Made by a program: the position numbers and the translations under genes. A model generated the notes under the pieces. The model ran no database searches. It saw nothing but the letters and a program-made list of their open reading frames with translations, and was not told the origin of the DNA. Of a stretch of DNA of 64,000 nucleotides, positions 53,842 through 63,471 are shown piece by piece. The DNA comes from an uncultured Chloroflexia bacterium (GTDB lineage Bacteria > Chloroflexota > Limnocylindria > Limnocylindrales > CSP1-4). The first letter of the stretch is position 1. Each line of letters begins with the position of its first letter. Location: NCBI GenBank assembly GCA_963817745.1, contig CAWFPC010000008.1:67009-131008 (forward strand), in the 5' to 3' direction.

Positions 53842-55187
53842 GGCCGCAGCGTCTTGAAGACGACGATGGCCGTCGCGGTGACGAACAGGTTCAGCAGCGA
53901 CGCCGGCAGCAGCCACTTCCAGGCGAAGTCCATGAGCTGGTCGATGCGCACGCGGGGCAGCGTCCCGCGCATCCACACGAACGTGAACACGAAGACGTAC
54001 GTCTTGCCCATGAACCAGAGGATACCGGCGACCCAGTCGAGGCCGATGTACGCCCACGCACCGATCAACGTCACGATGAACAGGTTGGCGAGGACGAACC
54101 CGGCGATGAGCGCCTGCCAGCCCTTGACGCGTGAGCTCGCGAGCCACACGGGCGCCGCGAAGAGCAACGTCAGGACGACCGGCACGATCCCGATGAACAG
54201 CAGCAGGCCGATCCCGGCGGATCCGGGGTCGATGTTCAGCTCGATCGGCCACGGCCACGGGAACGGCGCGTTCCAGCCACCGAAGAACAGCGTGACCATC
54301 AGCGCCGACATGATGAAGACGTTCACGTACTCGGCGAAGAAGAAGAAGCCGAAGCGCATCCCCGAGTACTCGGTCGCGAAGCCGGCCACGATCTCGGAGT
54401 CGGCCTCGGTCAGGTCGAACGGCGTGCGGTTGGCCTCCGCGGTCGCGGCGATGAAGAAGATCAGGACACCCAGCGGCTGCTGGAAGACGTACCACTCGGT
54501 GAACCAGCCGGACTGGTTCAGGACGATCTGGTTGAGGCTCATCGTGCCGGCCAGCAGGATCAGTCCCACGACCGACAGCGTCAGCGGGATCTCGTAGCTC
54601 ACGACCTGCGCCGCGGCCCGCAGGCCACCGAGCAGCGAGTACTTGTTGTAGCTCGCCCAGCCGCCCATCAGCAGCCCGACGACCCCGAGCCCGCCGATCG
54701 CGAAGAAGTACAGCAGCCCGAGGTTGAAGTCCTGGCCGTAAAGGCCCGGGGCGAAGGGGATGACGAGGAGCGTCATCACGCTGGCGAGGTAGACCACCAC
54801 CGGCGCCCAGGTGAAGACGATGGGATCGGCCCCGGTCGGGGTGAAGTCCTCCTTCATGAGGACCTTGAGCCCGTGCACGACCGACAGGAGCGAGCCGAAC
54901 GGTCCGACCCGGTCAGGGCCGATCCGCAGGTTCATGAGGGCGATGCCCTTCATCTCCATGTAGATGATCAGGAACGCCGTCGGGATGGTCATCAGCAGGA
55001 TGACGGTGACCGCCACGACGAAGCGGACGATCGGCAGGTTGTCCTCGAGGATGGCGAGGATCGGCCCGCCGAGGATGGCGATCGCCGCGACGAGCCCGAT
55101 CGTCATCGCGATCAGCAGCGGGACGATCGTGAACACGACCTTCCCCGGGAGGGTCAGCCGCCCCCAGCCCTTGGCGATGACCGTCAT
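53838..55187 (-). CDS. nuoH: NADH-quinone oxidoreductase subunit H (with a ~75-aa N-terminal extension carrying 2 extra predicted TM helices)
   Basis: EMKGIALMNLRIGPDRVGPFGSLLSVVHGLKVLMKEDFTP... (canonical NuoH entry), ...AEANRTPFDLTEADSEIVAGFATEYSGMRFGFFF. Confidence 0.9.
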   Translation of the reverse strand: MTVIAKGWGRLTLPGKVVFTIVPLLIAMTIGLVAAIAILGGPILAILEDNLPIVRFVVAVTVILLMTIPTAFLIIYMEMKGIALMNLRIGPDRVGPFGSLLSVVHGLKVLMKEDFTPTGADPIVFTWAPVVVYLASVMTLLVIPFAPGLYGQDFNLGLLYFFAIGGLGVVGLLMGGWASYNKYSLLGGLRAAAQVVSYEIPLTLSVVGLILLAGTMSLNQIVLNQSGWFTEWYVFQQPLGVLIFFIAATAEANRTPFDLTEADSEIVAGFATEYSGMRFGFFFFAEYVNVFIMSALMVTLFFGGWNAPFPWPWPIELNIDPGSAGIGLLLFIGIVPVVLTLLFAAPVWLASSRVKGWQALIAGFVLANLFIVTLIGAWAYIGLDWVAGILWFMGKTYVFVFTFVWMRGTLPRVRIDQLMDFAWKWLLPASLLNLFVTATAIVVFKTLRP

Positions 55188-55319
55188 GTCGATGCCCCAA
55201 GCCGGTGCTCGGACGAGTCAGGCGAAGGCGGCGGGGAGCACGAGAGCGAGCGCACTCCAATGTGCGTGAGCGAGCGCGCGGACCCGTCAACGCACGCATC
55301 GGCCGTCCCAGTGCCGGCG

Positions 55320-56550
55320 TCACTTGTCGACGCCGCCCATGATCGGATCCAGCGAGGCCATCACGGCCATGGTGTCGGCGATGAGGTGACCTGGCGTCAT
55401 CACGCCGACGGCCTGGAGGTGGATGAACGAGGGATCGTGGATGCGCATGCGGAACGGCTGGTCGGTCCCGTCGCTCATGACGTACGCCGCGTACTGCCCG
55501 CGCGGTCCTTCGATGCCGGCGTAGGCGCGTCCCGGACGCGGGCGGAGCAGCCGCGGTAGCTTGGCCGTGACCGGCCCGTCGGGCATCTCGTGGAGGCACT
55601 GGTCGATGATCCGCAGGCTCTGCTTGATCTCGTCCATCCGCAGCAGGTAGCGCGCGAGGCAGTCGCCCTCGGTCCGCGTCGGGATGTCGAAGTCGAGCTC
55701 GGGGTAGGCGCTGTACGGATGCGCCCGCCGCACGTCGAAGGGCACGCCCGGTCGCCCGCAGGTTCGGGCCGGTCATCACCATCCGCAGCGCCGTCGCCGA
55801 TCGATCTTGCCGAGGTCGCGCATCCGGCGGACGAAGATCTCGTTCTCGTTGAGCAGCGCGTTCCCGGCCTCGATCTGCTCGGTCGCGTGGCTCATCCAGT
55901 CGCCGAGACGGCTCAGGAACTCGTGGTTGAGGTCGCCGTTCACCCCGCCGATGCGGAAGTAGTTGAAGAGCATCCGCTGGCCGGTGAGCGACGCGAGCAT
56001 GTCGACGATCTCGTCACGCTCGATGAACGACCACAGGATCGGGGTCAACCCGCCAAGGTCGAGCGCCATCCAGCCGAGGAACAGGGAATGGCTGGCGATC
56101 CGGTTGAGCTCGGCCGAGAGCACGCGGATGTACTCGGCCCGGCGCGGGACCTCGACGTCCAGGAGCTTCTCGAAGGCCATGACGCCGGGCCATTCGCAGA
56201 ACAGCGAGCTGACGTACTCGAGCGGGTCGAGGTAGCAGATCGCCTGGTGGTAGTCCGCGTTCTCGCACAGCTTCTCGACCCCGCGATGGAGGTAGCCGAG
56301 CACCGGGTCGAGGTCGACGACCTTCTCGCCGTCGAGCTTGAGCACGACGCGGAGCACGCCGTGCGTCGACGGGTGCTGCGGGCCCATGTTGATGAGCATC
56401 TCGCCGTCGCGCAGCGTGTAGAACTCGGCCTCGCGCTCGGTCCGCGGCGGGTACGGCGGGACGGGCTCGAACACGCCGAGCTCGCGGTCGAGCGTGACGC
56501 GCGGGTCGTCGGCGGAGGCGTGGCCGGGTCGCGGGGTCGTGGCGGTCATC
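55320..56550 (-). CDS. nuoD: NADH-quinone oxidoreductase subunit D (49-kDa); short segment near 55745-55780 in a third frame
   Basis: LINMGPQHPSTHGVLRVVLKLDGEKVV...YLHRGVEKLCE...TGPNLRATG...C-terminal ...RIHDPSFIHLQAVGVMTPGHLIADTMAVMASLDPIMGGVDK*. Confidence 0.85.
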
Positions 56551-56580
56551 TCGGGTCCTTGGCGGTCGCTGGGGCGGGGG

Positions 56581-57128
56581 TCAGCTGCCGGACCGGCGGA
56601 CCGGGGCGGCCACCGGTGCATCGTGCGGGGTATGGGTCCGTTCCATCGGCCGAACGCCGCCACCCGGCGAGCGGGCCGCGTCGTCCGCGAGATAGAAGTC
56701 CTTGCGCAGCGGGAAGCTCGTGTAGTCGGGCGGCATGTAGATCCGGCGCAGGTCGCGATTGCCCTCGAACGTGATCCCGAACATGTCGTACGCCTCGCGC
56801 TCCATCCACTCGGCGCCCTTCCACAGGAAGGTCACCGACGGGACGCGCGGATCGTCGCGCGGCATGCCGTCGGCGATCACCCGCAGCCAGTCGCTCGTGG
56901 AGTCGCTCCACAGGTGGTAGACGACCTGCATCACGCTGCCGGTGTCGACCCCGGCGAGATCCGCCAGGAACTCGAACCGCAGGTCGGGCTCGTCGTGCAG
57001 CGCGGACATCACGCGGACGACGTCGCCCGGCGCGATGCGCATCTCCGTCTCGTCGTGGCGCTGACGGATGGGTCCGGTCAGCTCGGCGGCGAAGCGCGCC
57101 TCGAGACGCGCCTTGAAGGCGACATCCA
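56581..57128 (-). CDS. nuoC: NADH-quinone oxidoreductase subunit C (30-kDa)
   Basis: ...VMQVVYHLWSDSTSDWLRVIADGMPRDDPRVPSVTFLWKGAEWMEREAYDMFGITFEGNRDLRRIYMPPDY. GTG start 3 nt after the nuoB stop. Confidence 0.85.
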
Positions 57129-57131
57129 CGC

Positions 57132-57773
57132 CTAGACGTCCTCCGGCACGTTCGGTCCGATCGCACGCTCCGGCCAATGACCGCGGCGGTCCTTGACGAG
57201 CTGCTGGAGCTTCATCATCCCGTAGATCAGGCCCTCGGGCCGCGGCGGACAGCCCGGCACGTAGACATCGACGGGCATGACGCGATCGATCCCCTCGACC
57301 GTCGCGTAGCTCCGCTTGTAGCGGCCGCCCGAACAGGTGCAGTCGCCCATGGCGACGCACCACTTCGGCTCGGGCATCTGCTCCCAGAGCCGGACGAGGG
57401 GGCCGGCCATCTTCGTCGTCAGCGTGCCGGCGACGATGAGCACGTCGGCCTGCCGCGGACTGGCGCGGAACGGGAACATGCCCCAGCGATCCATGTCGTT
57501 CTTGGATGTCGCCGTCGACATCATCTCGATCGCGCAGCACGCGAGCCCCGACAGCAACGGCCACAGGCTGTTCATCCGGATGAGGTCGAGGACGTAGTCC
57601 GCCTTGGTGGGGATGACCTCGAGGACGCCGCTCCAGCGGCCGTCGTCGCGCCGCCCGAGGCCGCTCGCCTCGTATTCGCGCAGGTGGGTGATGTCGCTCT
57701 CGCGGCCGCCGTCGTAGGCGGCGGGATCGGCCGCCTGCCAGAGCGTGTTCGGGACGACGATCGGCGCGAGCAC
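57132..57773 (-). CDS. nuoB: NADH-quinone oxidoreductase subunit B (20-kDa, N2 cluster)
   Basis: [18 protein letters not shown] and PGCPPRPE, the canonical N2-cluster ligand motifs. Confidence 0.9.
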   Translation of the reverse strand: MLAPIVVPNTLWQAADPAAYDGGRESDITHLREYEASGLGRRDDGRWSGVLEVIPTKADYVLDLIRMNSLWPLLSGLACCAIEMMSTATSKNDMDRWGMFPFRASPRQADVLIVAGTLTTKMAGPLVRLWEQMPEPKWCVAMGDCTCSGGRYKRSYATVEGIDRVMPVDVYVPGCPPRPEGLIYGMMKLQQLVKDRRGHWPERAIGPNVPEDV

Positions 57774-57845
57774 GTCGCGCGAGGACGTCGTCGCGACCGC
57801 GCTGTCCGGAAGCCTTCGTACCCTTGCCGCTCCGTGTCTTCGGGG

Positions 57846-58208
57846 TCATCGCCACGACAGGGCTCCCTTCCGCCAGGCGTAGGCCAGGCCGAGCAGCAGG
57901 ATCACGACGAAGATCAGCATGCTGATCAGGCCACCAAGCAGCAGGTCCTGGAAGGCGATCGCCCAGAGGTAGATGAACACCACCTCGATGTCGAACGCCA
58001 CGAACAACAGGGCGTAGATGTAGAACGACAGGCCGAACCGGCCGTGGGTGTCGCCGTAGGTGTCGATGCCCGATTCGTAGGGCAGGCCCTTGTGGACGTC
58101 GCCTCGGTTGCGGTGGGAAACGAGCCACGCGGCGCCGATCGTCAGGAAGACGAAGCTGACGCCCGCGAAGGCGAAGCCCACGACGTACCAGATGCCAGTC
58201 AATCGAAC
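57846..58208 (-). CDS. nuoA: NADH-quinone oxidoreductase subunit A (alternative longer start at 58277)
   Basis: 3 TM; GLPYESGIDTYGDTHGRFGLSFYIYALLFVAFDIEVVFIYLWA is canonical NuoA. Confidence 0.8.
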   Translation of the reverse strand, partial: VRLTGIWYVVGFAFAGVSFVFLTIGAAWLVSHRNRGDVHKGLPYESGIDTYGDTHGRFGLSFYIYALLFVAFDIEVVFIYLWAIAFQDLLLGGLISMLIFVVILLLGLAYAWRKGALSWR

Positions 58209-58600
58209 TCCCTTGCGGGGGCTCGCCACCGGCGCCGAGGCCGGACCCGAGACCCCCTGGGCGGGCGTGGGGCGCACCGCACGTCGGTCGCCCGTGCCCA
58301 GTCCATTCTAGCAGCGGGCACGCTCGCGCCGGGGCGACGGCGAGGGTGGGCGATCGGGGGTTTCGGAGCCGGGACGACGCTCGGTGTCGGGCGCGTCACG
58401 GGAGTGGGATCCGCGCGCGTGGCCAGGGGCGCGCGGCGACATCTGGGTCCCGGCGATGGAGGAGGTCGGGGAACGAAGCGCGCCGAGCGCGCGTGCAGGT
58501 TCGCGCTCCGTTCCCCGGCGGTGGGCCGTGCGACGGCCATGGCAAGCGTGGCGGAGCGGGCCTCCGGGCTGCAATAGGGCATTCGCCCTATATCGCCTAC

Positions 58601-59868
58601 TGATCCGGTGGGAGATCGGCGCTCCCCCGGCGGCGGTTCGGCATGCGGAACGCGAACAAGCCGAGCGGCGGGTAGTCGGCCGATCCCGGCCAGTCGCGCC
58701 CGAACGCCATCACCCGGAACCGGCCCATCGCCCCGGGATCCAGGAGCCGCATGAGCGATGCGCGCAGCGAGGCGTAGGCCTCGAACGTCGTCGCCGGGAT
58801 CGCGCTGGATGCGTCGCAGCCGATCCTCGATCCCGAGGCCGATGAGTGCCTCGGCCTGCGTCGTGATGCCGACCGTCGTGAGGTCCGCCGCCCGGGCGGC
58901 CCGTTCCACGGCCGTCACGTCGACGTGGGCGGTCAGGTCCTGGCGGCCGACGTGCCGGTACGGATCGTCGTGGACCTGGTGACGGACGTACGCCCGGAGC
59001 GTGCCGTCCCGACGCCGGATCGGGTCGTACAGCTCCACGGCGGGTGCCCCGTAGTCGATGCACAGGAGCAGCCCGCGTCGGAGGGTCGCCGCCGCCCCTG
59101 CGATCCAGCCGTCGAGCGCCAGGCAGACCTCGGCCGTCTGGCCGTCGACGAGCTCGATCCGCTCGGCGGCGAGCCGGACCGCGAGATCCGGCGTCGACGT
59201 GGCGGTCTCGACCTCGGCGAAACTGTCGCCGTCCAGCCCGACCGAGACCTCGACCAGCGCGTCGCCCCGTCGACGGACGCGATGCACGGGGAGGGCGTCG
59301 AGGACCTCGTTCGCGAGGACGATGCCCTCGATCGTCGGTCGGGACGTGGCATCGCCGCGGACCGGACGTGCGGCCGTCGTCGTGCGCGGCGATCCGCGAG
59401 GCGTGGCCGGCGTCCTCGAGCGCGTCCCGGAACTGGAGCAGCCGCCGCGGGTCGACCTCCACCGGCTCCCAGCGAACCGCCGTCGGCCAGCCCGGAACGG
59501 TCGGCGACGAGCCCGTCGAGCACGGCCGTCGCGAGGGCGCCGGTCCCGGCGCCGTGCTCGCGGATGACGAACGGGTCGGGCCGCCCCAGCCGCTCCCAGA
59601 CCTCGGTGAACCCGCTCGCCAGCGTGTAGCCGAAGATCGGGTGGAGCTCGGGCGCGGTCAGGAAGTCGCCGTCGCGGCCGGGCCGCGCCGCCTCGGCCCG
59701 GTAGTACCCGCCATCCGGGTCGTACAGCGCGAGCTCCATGAACCGGGCGAACGTGATCGGCCCGTCTCGCCGGATCTCGTCGCGGATCCGCTCGGCGAGC
59801 GCCTCGTCCTGTCCGACGTCGGCACGGTCGGTCGGCGGCTCGCGGCGGAGCTCGATGCGTGGATCCAT
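58601..59868 (-). CDS. MidA-family (DUF185) SAM-dependent methyltransferase, homologue of the mitochondrial complex I assembly factor NDUFAF7; frameshift near 59470, 3' end inferred
   Basis: N-terminus ...IRRDGPITFARFMELALYDPDGGYYR...GDFLTAPELHPIFGYTLA...VIREHGAGTGALA. C-terminal half LANEVLDALPVHRV...LLCIDYGAPAVELYDP...GTLRAYVRHQVHDDPYRHVGRQDLTAHVDVTAVERAA. Confidence 0.65.
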
Positions 59869-59880
59869 CGCCTGCGGATG

Positions 59881-60909
59881 CTAGCCGGGTCGCGCGGGCG
59901 CGGCGTGCGCGCCACCTCGGGCCTGCCGCCGAGGGCGAGGCGGAGCCCGGGACCCACGAGCGTGTGCCCACCAGCAGCACCGGGATCGGTGCGGTGGCGG
60001 CCGCGGCCGTGAGCTCGCGCAGCCATGGGTCGACGATGCGTTCGTGGAGCAACAGGTCGGACGCGAAGCGATCCTCCGACGAGGGCCAGCCGGACTCGTC
60101 GGCGCCGAGGCGGTGGGCAAGGAGCACGCGCGTGTCGAGCACGGCCGCCTCGCCGAGTCGCGCGAGGTGCGCGCCCAGCGACGAGGGGCCGTCGCGCTCG
60201 AGGAGCAGCCCGAGACTCGACGCCGGGTGCCGCTGACCGGGTCGCGGGGCCGCTGCGGAGGCCGCGCTCCTCGACGAGCGCCCGTGTCCGCGATGCGGTC
60301 CCGCCTTCGAGCCAGCGCAGGGTGTCGCTCGAGAGACGACCGGCGACCAGCAGCTCCGCCCCGGGGTCCGCGGCGATCCGCCGGACGGCGGCCAACCGCT
60401 CGTCGACCCTGGACCGACGTCGCCCGGCAGCGAGCCGGCCCAGCGCGCCCCGAGGAGGACGAGATCCAGCGGCCCGTCGATATCGACCCCGAGCCGCCAC
60501 GATCGACGACGGTCGGCGACCGGCACGCCCGCGACATCGGCCAGCCAGCGCGGCAGCGCGTTGTCGGTGGCGAGGTCCGGCAGGTCGGCGAGGGTCGTGT
60601 GCGCCCGGGCGATGGCCACGACGTCGGCCGAGTAGCGGTTGTTGGCGAGGGCGCCCGGATCGCGGCGCCGGCGACGGCCACGAATGCCCGCCGGTCGGCC
60701 GCCGTCGCCAGCGGGATGGCCCCGGAGCCGAGGACGACCAGCCCGCCGTCCGGCGGAACGTCGCGAAGCAGCGCCCGCAGCCGAGCGCCGAACGGCCTGG
60801 CGTCGAGCGGATCCGAGACGATGCGGACCGATCCCGCGCCGGCGGCCAGGAACCCATCGCGATGGCGCGCCGCGAGGCGGGCCCGGGCATCCGAGACGCA
60901 CCGCGTCAA
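59881..60909 (-). CDS. Hypothetical protein, possibly CofC/MobA-like nucleotidyltransferase fold; spread across at least 2 frames
   Basis: Frame A: MTRCVSDARARLAARHRDGFLAAGAGSVRIVSD...GGLVVLGSGAIPLATAADRRAF. Frame B: ...ALANNRYSADVVAIARAHTTLADLPDL...RLGVDIDGPLDLVLLG...LGADESGWPSSEDRFASDLLLHERIVDPWL. Family assignment is weak. Confidence 0.3.
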   Translation of the reverse strand: MTRCVSDARARLAARHRDGFLAAGAGSVRIVSDPLDARPFGARLRALLRDVPPDGGLVVLGSGAIPLATAADRRAFVAVAGAAIRAPSPTTATRPTSWPSPGRTRPSPTCRTSPPTTRCRAGWPMSRACRSPTVVDRGGSGSISTGRWISSSSGRAGPARCRATSVQGRRAVGRRPADRRGPRGGAAGRRSSLERHPALARRRDRIADTGARRGARPPQRPRDPVSGTRRRVSGCSSSATAPRRWARTSRDSARRPCSTRACSLPTASAPTSPAGPRRRIASRPTCCSTNASSTHGCASSRPRPPPHRSRCCWWAHARGSRAPPRPRRQARGGAHAAPARPG

Positions 60910-61005
60910 CGGCCCCGCGCCGGGATCCGCGCTGGGGGTGCAGGATGACGACGGTCACATCGTTCGGTGGCACCGGGCGAGTCTAGAGGCAGGTCGGAGG
61001 GTGAC

Positions 61006-61635
61006 GTGGTCGAGCGCCGGGTCCGCGCCTACATCGGCCTCGGGGCCAACGTCGGCGATGCCGCGCGCACGCTGACCGATGCGGTCCATGCCCTGGCCGC
61101 GCTGCCGGGCTGCCGACTGCGCGGGGTGTCGGCGCTGTACGCCACCGCGCCGTGGGGCGTGGCTGATCAACCCGAGTTCCGCAACGCCGTCGTCGCACTC
61201 GACGTGCCGGCGGGACCGACGCCCGAAGCGGGAGCGCTTGCCCTGCTCGCCTCGCTCAAGGATCTCGAGCGAGGGGCCGGACGGCGCCAGCGGGCGCGTT
61301 GGGGCCCGCGCGAGCTCGATCTCGATGTCCTCGTGTTCGGGCGGCACCGGATCTCGGTCGAGCGAACGCCGGCGGCCGCGTCGCTCGATGCCGCCGTCGA
61401 TCCGGCGAAGGCCGCGCGCCGGCTCGAGGTCCCGCACCGCGACGCGCGGGAGCGCCTGTTCGTCCTCGCGCCCGCTGGCCGATCTTGCCCCGGTCTCGTG
61501 CCGCCGGGCTGGGGCGAGACCGTCGAGACCGCGCGTCGACGCGTCGCGGCCGCGGAACCGCCGGACGCCGTCCGGCGTGTCGGCGCCTGGGATGCCGCCG
61601 CGGGTCGCTGGCGGCCGGTCGCTCAGCCGAGGTAG
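61006..61635 (+). CDS. folK: 2-Amino-4-hydroxy-6-hydroxymethyldihydropteridine pyrophosphokinase (HPPK)
   Basis: AYIGLGANVGDAARTL...LYATAPWGVADQPEFRNAVVAL...GRRQRARWGPRELDLDVLVFG...LEVPHRDARERLFVLAPL is canonical FolK. Confidence 0.85.
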   Translation: MVERRVRAYIGLGANVGDAARTLTDAVHALAALPGCRLRGVSALYATAPWGVADQPEFRNAVVALDVPAGPTPEAGALALLASLKDLERGAGRRQRARWGPRELDLDVLVFGRHRISVERTPAAASLDAAVDPAKAARRLEVPHRDARERLFVLAPAGRSCPGLVPPGWGETVETARRRVAAAEPPDAVRRVGAWDAAAGRWRPVAQPR

Positions 61636-62315
61636 CGCGTCGGCAGCGTCGTCTCGTTGACCGTGCCGTCGGGCGCACGCTCGACCCGGTATCCGCGCGC
61701 GTCCGGCCGGGACGCGACCACCTCGGCGAGTCGATCGCCGTCGAACACGAGCGCGGCGCCGTCGTCGGCGGCGTACCCGTCGCCCAGCCGACCCTCGGCG
61801 ATGAGCCGGTGGTACGTGGGGCGGCGGGTCGGTTCGCCGTCGTAGTGCGGGCTGTGGCTGCCCGGCACCAGCCCGAGCCCGTCCTGGAGGGCGTCGAGCT
61901 CCAGCCCGAACGAATCGGTCGTGCCGCCCTCGAACCAGCACAACGACCCGGCCGACAACCCGGTCATCACGACCCCGGCCATCCACGCGACACGCAGCGC
62001 GGCATCGACGCCGTGGACCCGCCAGACCGCGAGCATGTCGGCCGTGTTCCCGCCACCCACGTACACGACGTCCTGGTCGAGCAGGAACGAGCCGATGTCG
62101 GGCACCGTCCGCTTGAACAGCGCGAGGTGGGTCGCCTCGGCCCTGCGCGCGAATGCCGCGTAGAAGCTCGCGACGTAGCTGTCGGAATCGCCACTGGCGG
62201 TGCCCAGGAAGCAGATCCGTGGCCGCTCCCGACCGCGGTTCGCCCGTGCCAGCGCGAGCACGTAGTCATCGAGTGACGGATCGTCGCCATCCATCGAGAA
62301 CCCGCCGCCGCCCAT
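61623..62315 (-). CDS. S51-family peptidase (peptidase E / cyanophycinase-like, class I glutamine amidotransferase-like fold)
   Basis: MGGGGFSMDGDDPSLDDYVLALA...ICFLGTASGDS...VYVGGGNTADMLAVWRVHGVDAALR...GLSAGSLCWFEGG (nucleophile Ser region). ATG at 62315 chosen inside the longer ORF. Confidence 0.6.
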   Translation of the reverse strand: MGGGGFSMDGDDPSLDDYVLALARANRGRERPRICFLGTASGDSDSYVASFYAAFARRAEATHLALFKRTVPDIGSFLLDQDVVYVGGGNTADMLAVWRVHGVDAALRVAWMAGVVMTGLSAGSLCWFEGGTTDSFGLELDALQDGLGLVPGSHSPHYDGEPTRRPTYHRLIAEGRLGDGYAADDGAALVFDGDRLAEVVASRPDARGYRVERAPDGTVNETTLPTRYLG

Positions 62316-62346
62316 GGCGACGATGCTCCGCCGTGGAGCGCCGAGA

Positions 62347-63321
62347 TCAGGGAGTGACGACGCGGAACCCGATGTGCTCGTCGGCATAGTTGGGCGGATC
62401 CTCGTAGTGGCGGTACGCGGCGCGGGCGACGAACGGGTTGCTGCCCCACCAGCCGCCCTTCTCGACCTTGTTGCGGCCGCCGTCGGGACCGGTCGGATCG
62501 ACCGCCGGACTGTCGGCGTAGTATCCCGCGTCCAGCCAGTCCGCCACCCATTCCATCGCGTTGCCGGCCATGTCGAGCGCCCCGACCCAGCTCGCCCCGT
62601 CCGGATAGCTGCCGACCGGTGTCGGGCCGGTGCTGTCGACGACGTTGGCGAGCGCCGGATCGAACGTCGCGCCCCACGGATAGGTCCGCGAGTCGGGTCC
62701 GCGCGCCGCGAACTCCCACTCGGCCTCGGTCGGGAGCCGGCCACCGCGCCACGTCGCGAACGCCTCGGCCTCCCACCACGACACGCAGCGACGCGGATGC
62801 TCGGGCAGGGTGCCCTCGCAGGTCGCCGGCAGCGTCGCGGCGTCACGGTGGCCCAGCCACTTCCAGCCGCCCTCCGACCAGAGGGCCTCCGTGGTGTAGC
62901 CCCCGGCATCGACGAAGGCCGCGAAGTCGGCGTTGGTCACTTCGTCGACGATCGAGCCAGAACCCCGTTCGAGAGCGTGACCTCGTGCTGTGGCTGCTCG
63001 CTCGGGAACTCGTCGACGACCCACGCCGGCGGCGTCTCGGCGGTGAGTGCCTCGATGGTCGCCGCGTCCGTGCCCATCAGGAACGTGCCGGCCGGGACCC
63101 AGACCTGCTCGGCACCGGTCGGATCCGTGCGGACATCGCCGAGCGCCCCGGGCGCGGTCGAGGTGCGGCGCTCGGGGCGACGGCCGCCGACGGCGAGGCC
63201 GCCTGGCTGGCGCCGCTCCGAGGCTGACGGTGCACCGGCTGGGCGCAACGCTGCCGACGGCCGGACCACTGCATGCGGCAAGGAAGAGGACGATCGGGAT
63301 GAGCGTCAGGCGGGCACGCAT
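62347..63321 (-). CDS. Formylglycine-generating-enzyme (FGE-sulfatase/SUMF1) family lipoprotein; 2 frame changes (~63250, ~62940)
   Basis: Lipoprotein signal MRARLTLIPIVLFLAACSG. Then VWVPAGTFLMGTD... (adjacent frame) and the C-terminal FGE core ...RLPTEAEWEFAARGPDSRTYPWG...GNAMEWVADW...HIGFRVV. Confidence 0.65.
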   Translation of the reverse strand: MRARLTLIPIVLFLAACSGPAVGSVAPSRCTVSLGAAPARRPRRRRPSPRAPHLDRARGARRCPHGSDRCRAGLGPGRHVPDGHGRGDHRGTHRRDAAGVGRRRVPERAATARGHALERGSGSIVDEVTNADFAAFVDAGGYTTEALWSEGGWKWLGHRDAATLPATCEGTLPEHPRRCVSWWEAEAFATWRGGRLPTEAEWEFAARGPDSRTYPWGATFDPALANVVDSTGPTPVGSYPDGASWVGALDMAGNAMEWVADWLDAGYYADSPAVDPTGPDGGRNKVEKGGWWGSNPFVARAAYRHYEDPPNYADEHIGFRVVTP

Positions 63322-63471
63322 CGGGGGCTCCTCCCTGGGGGTCGGTGGGCAGGCCGATCACACCGAGGCGACCACCCGGTGTCGCGGCGCAGACGCCGGG
63401 GAACGGGGCCGGGTTCCCGCGGGGGTTCCCCTCGGTCGCGCGGTCGGGGGCCGGCTCGCCGCCGTGAGCCC

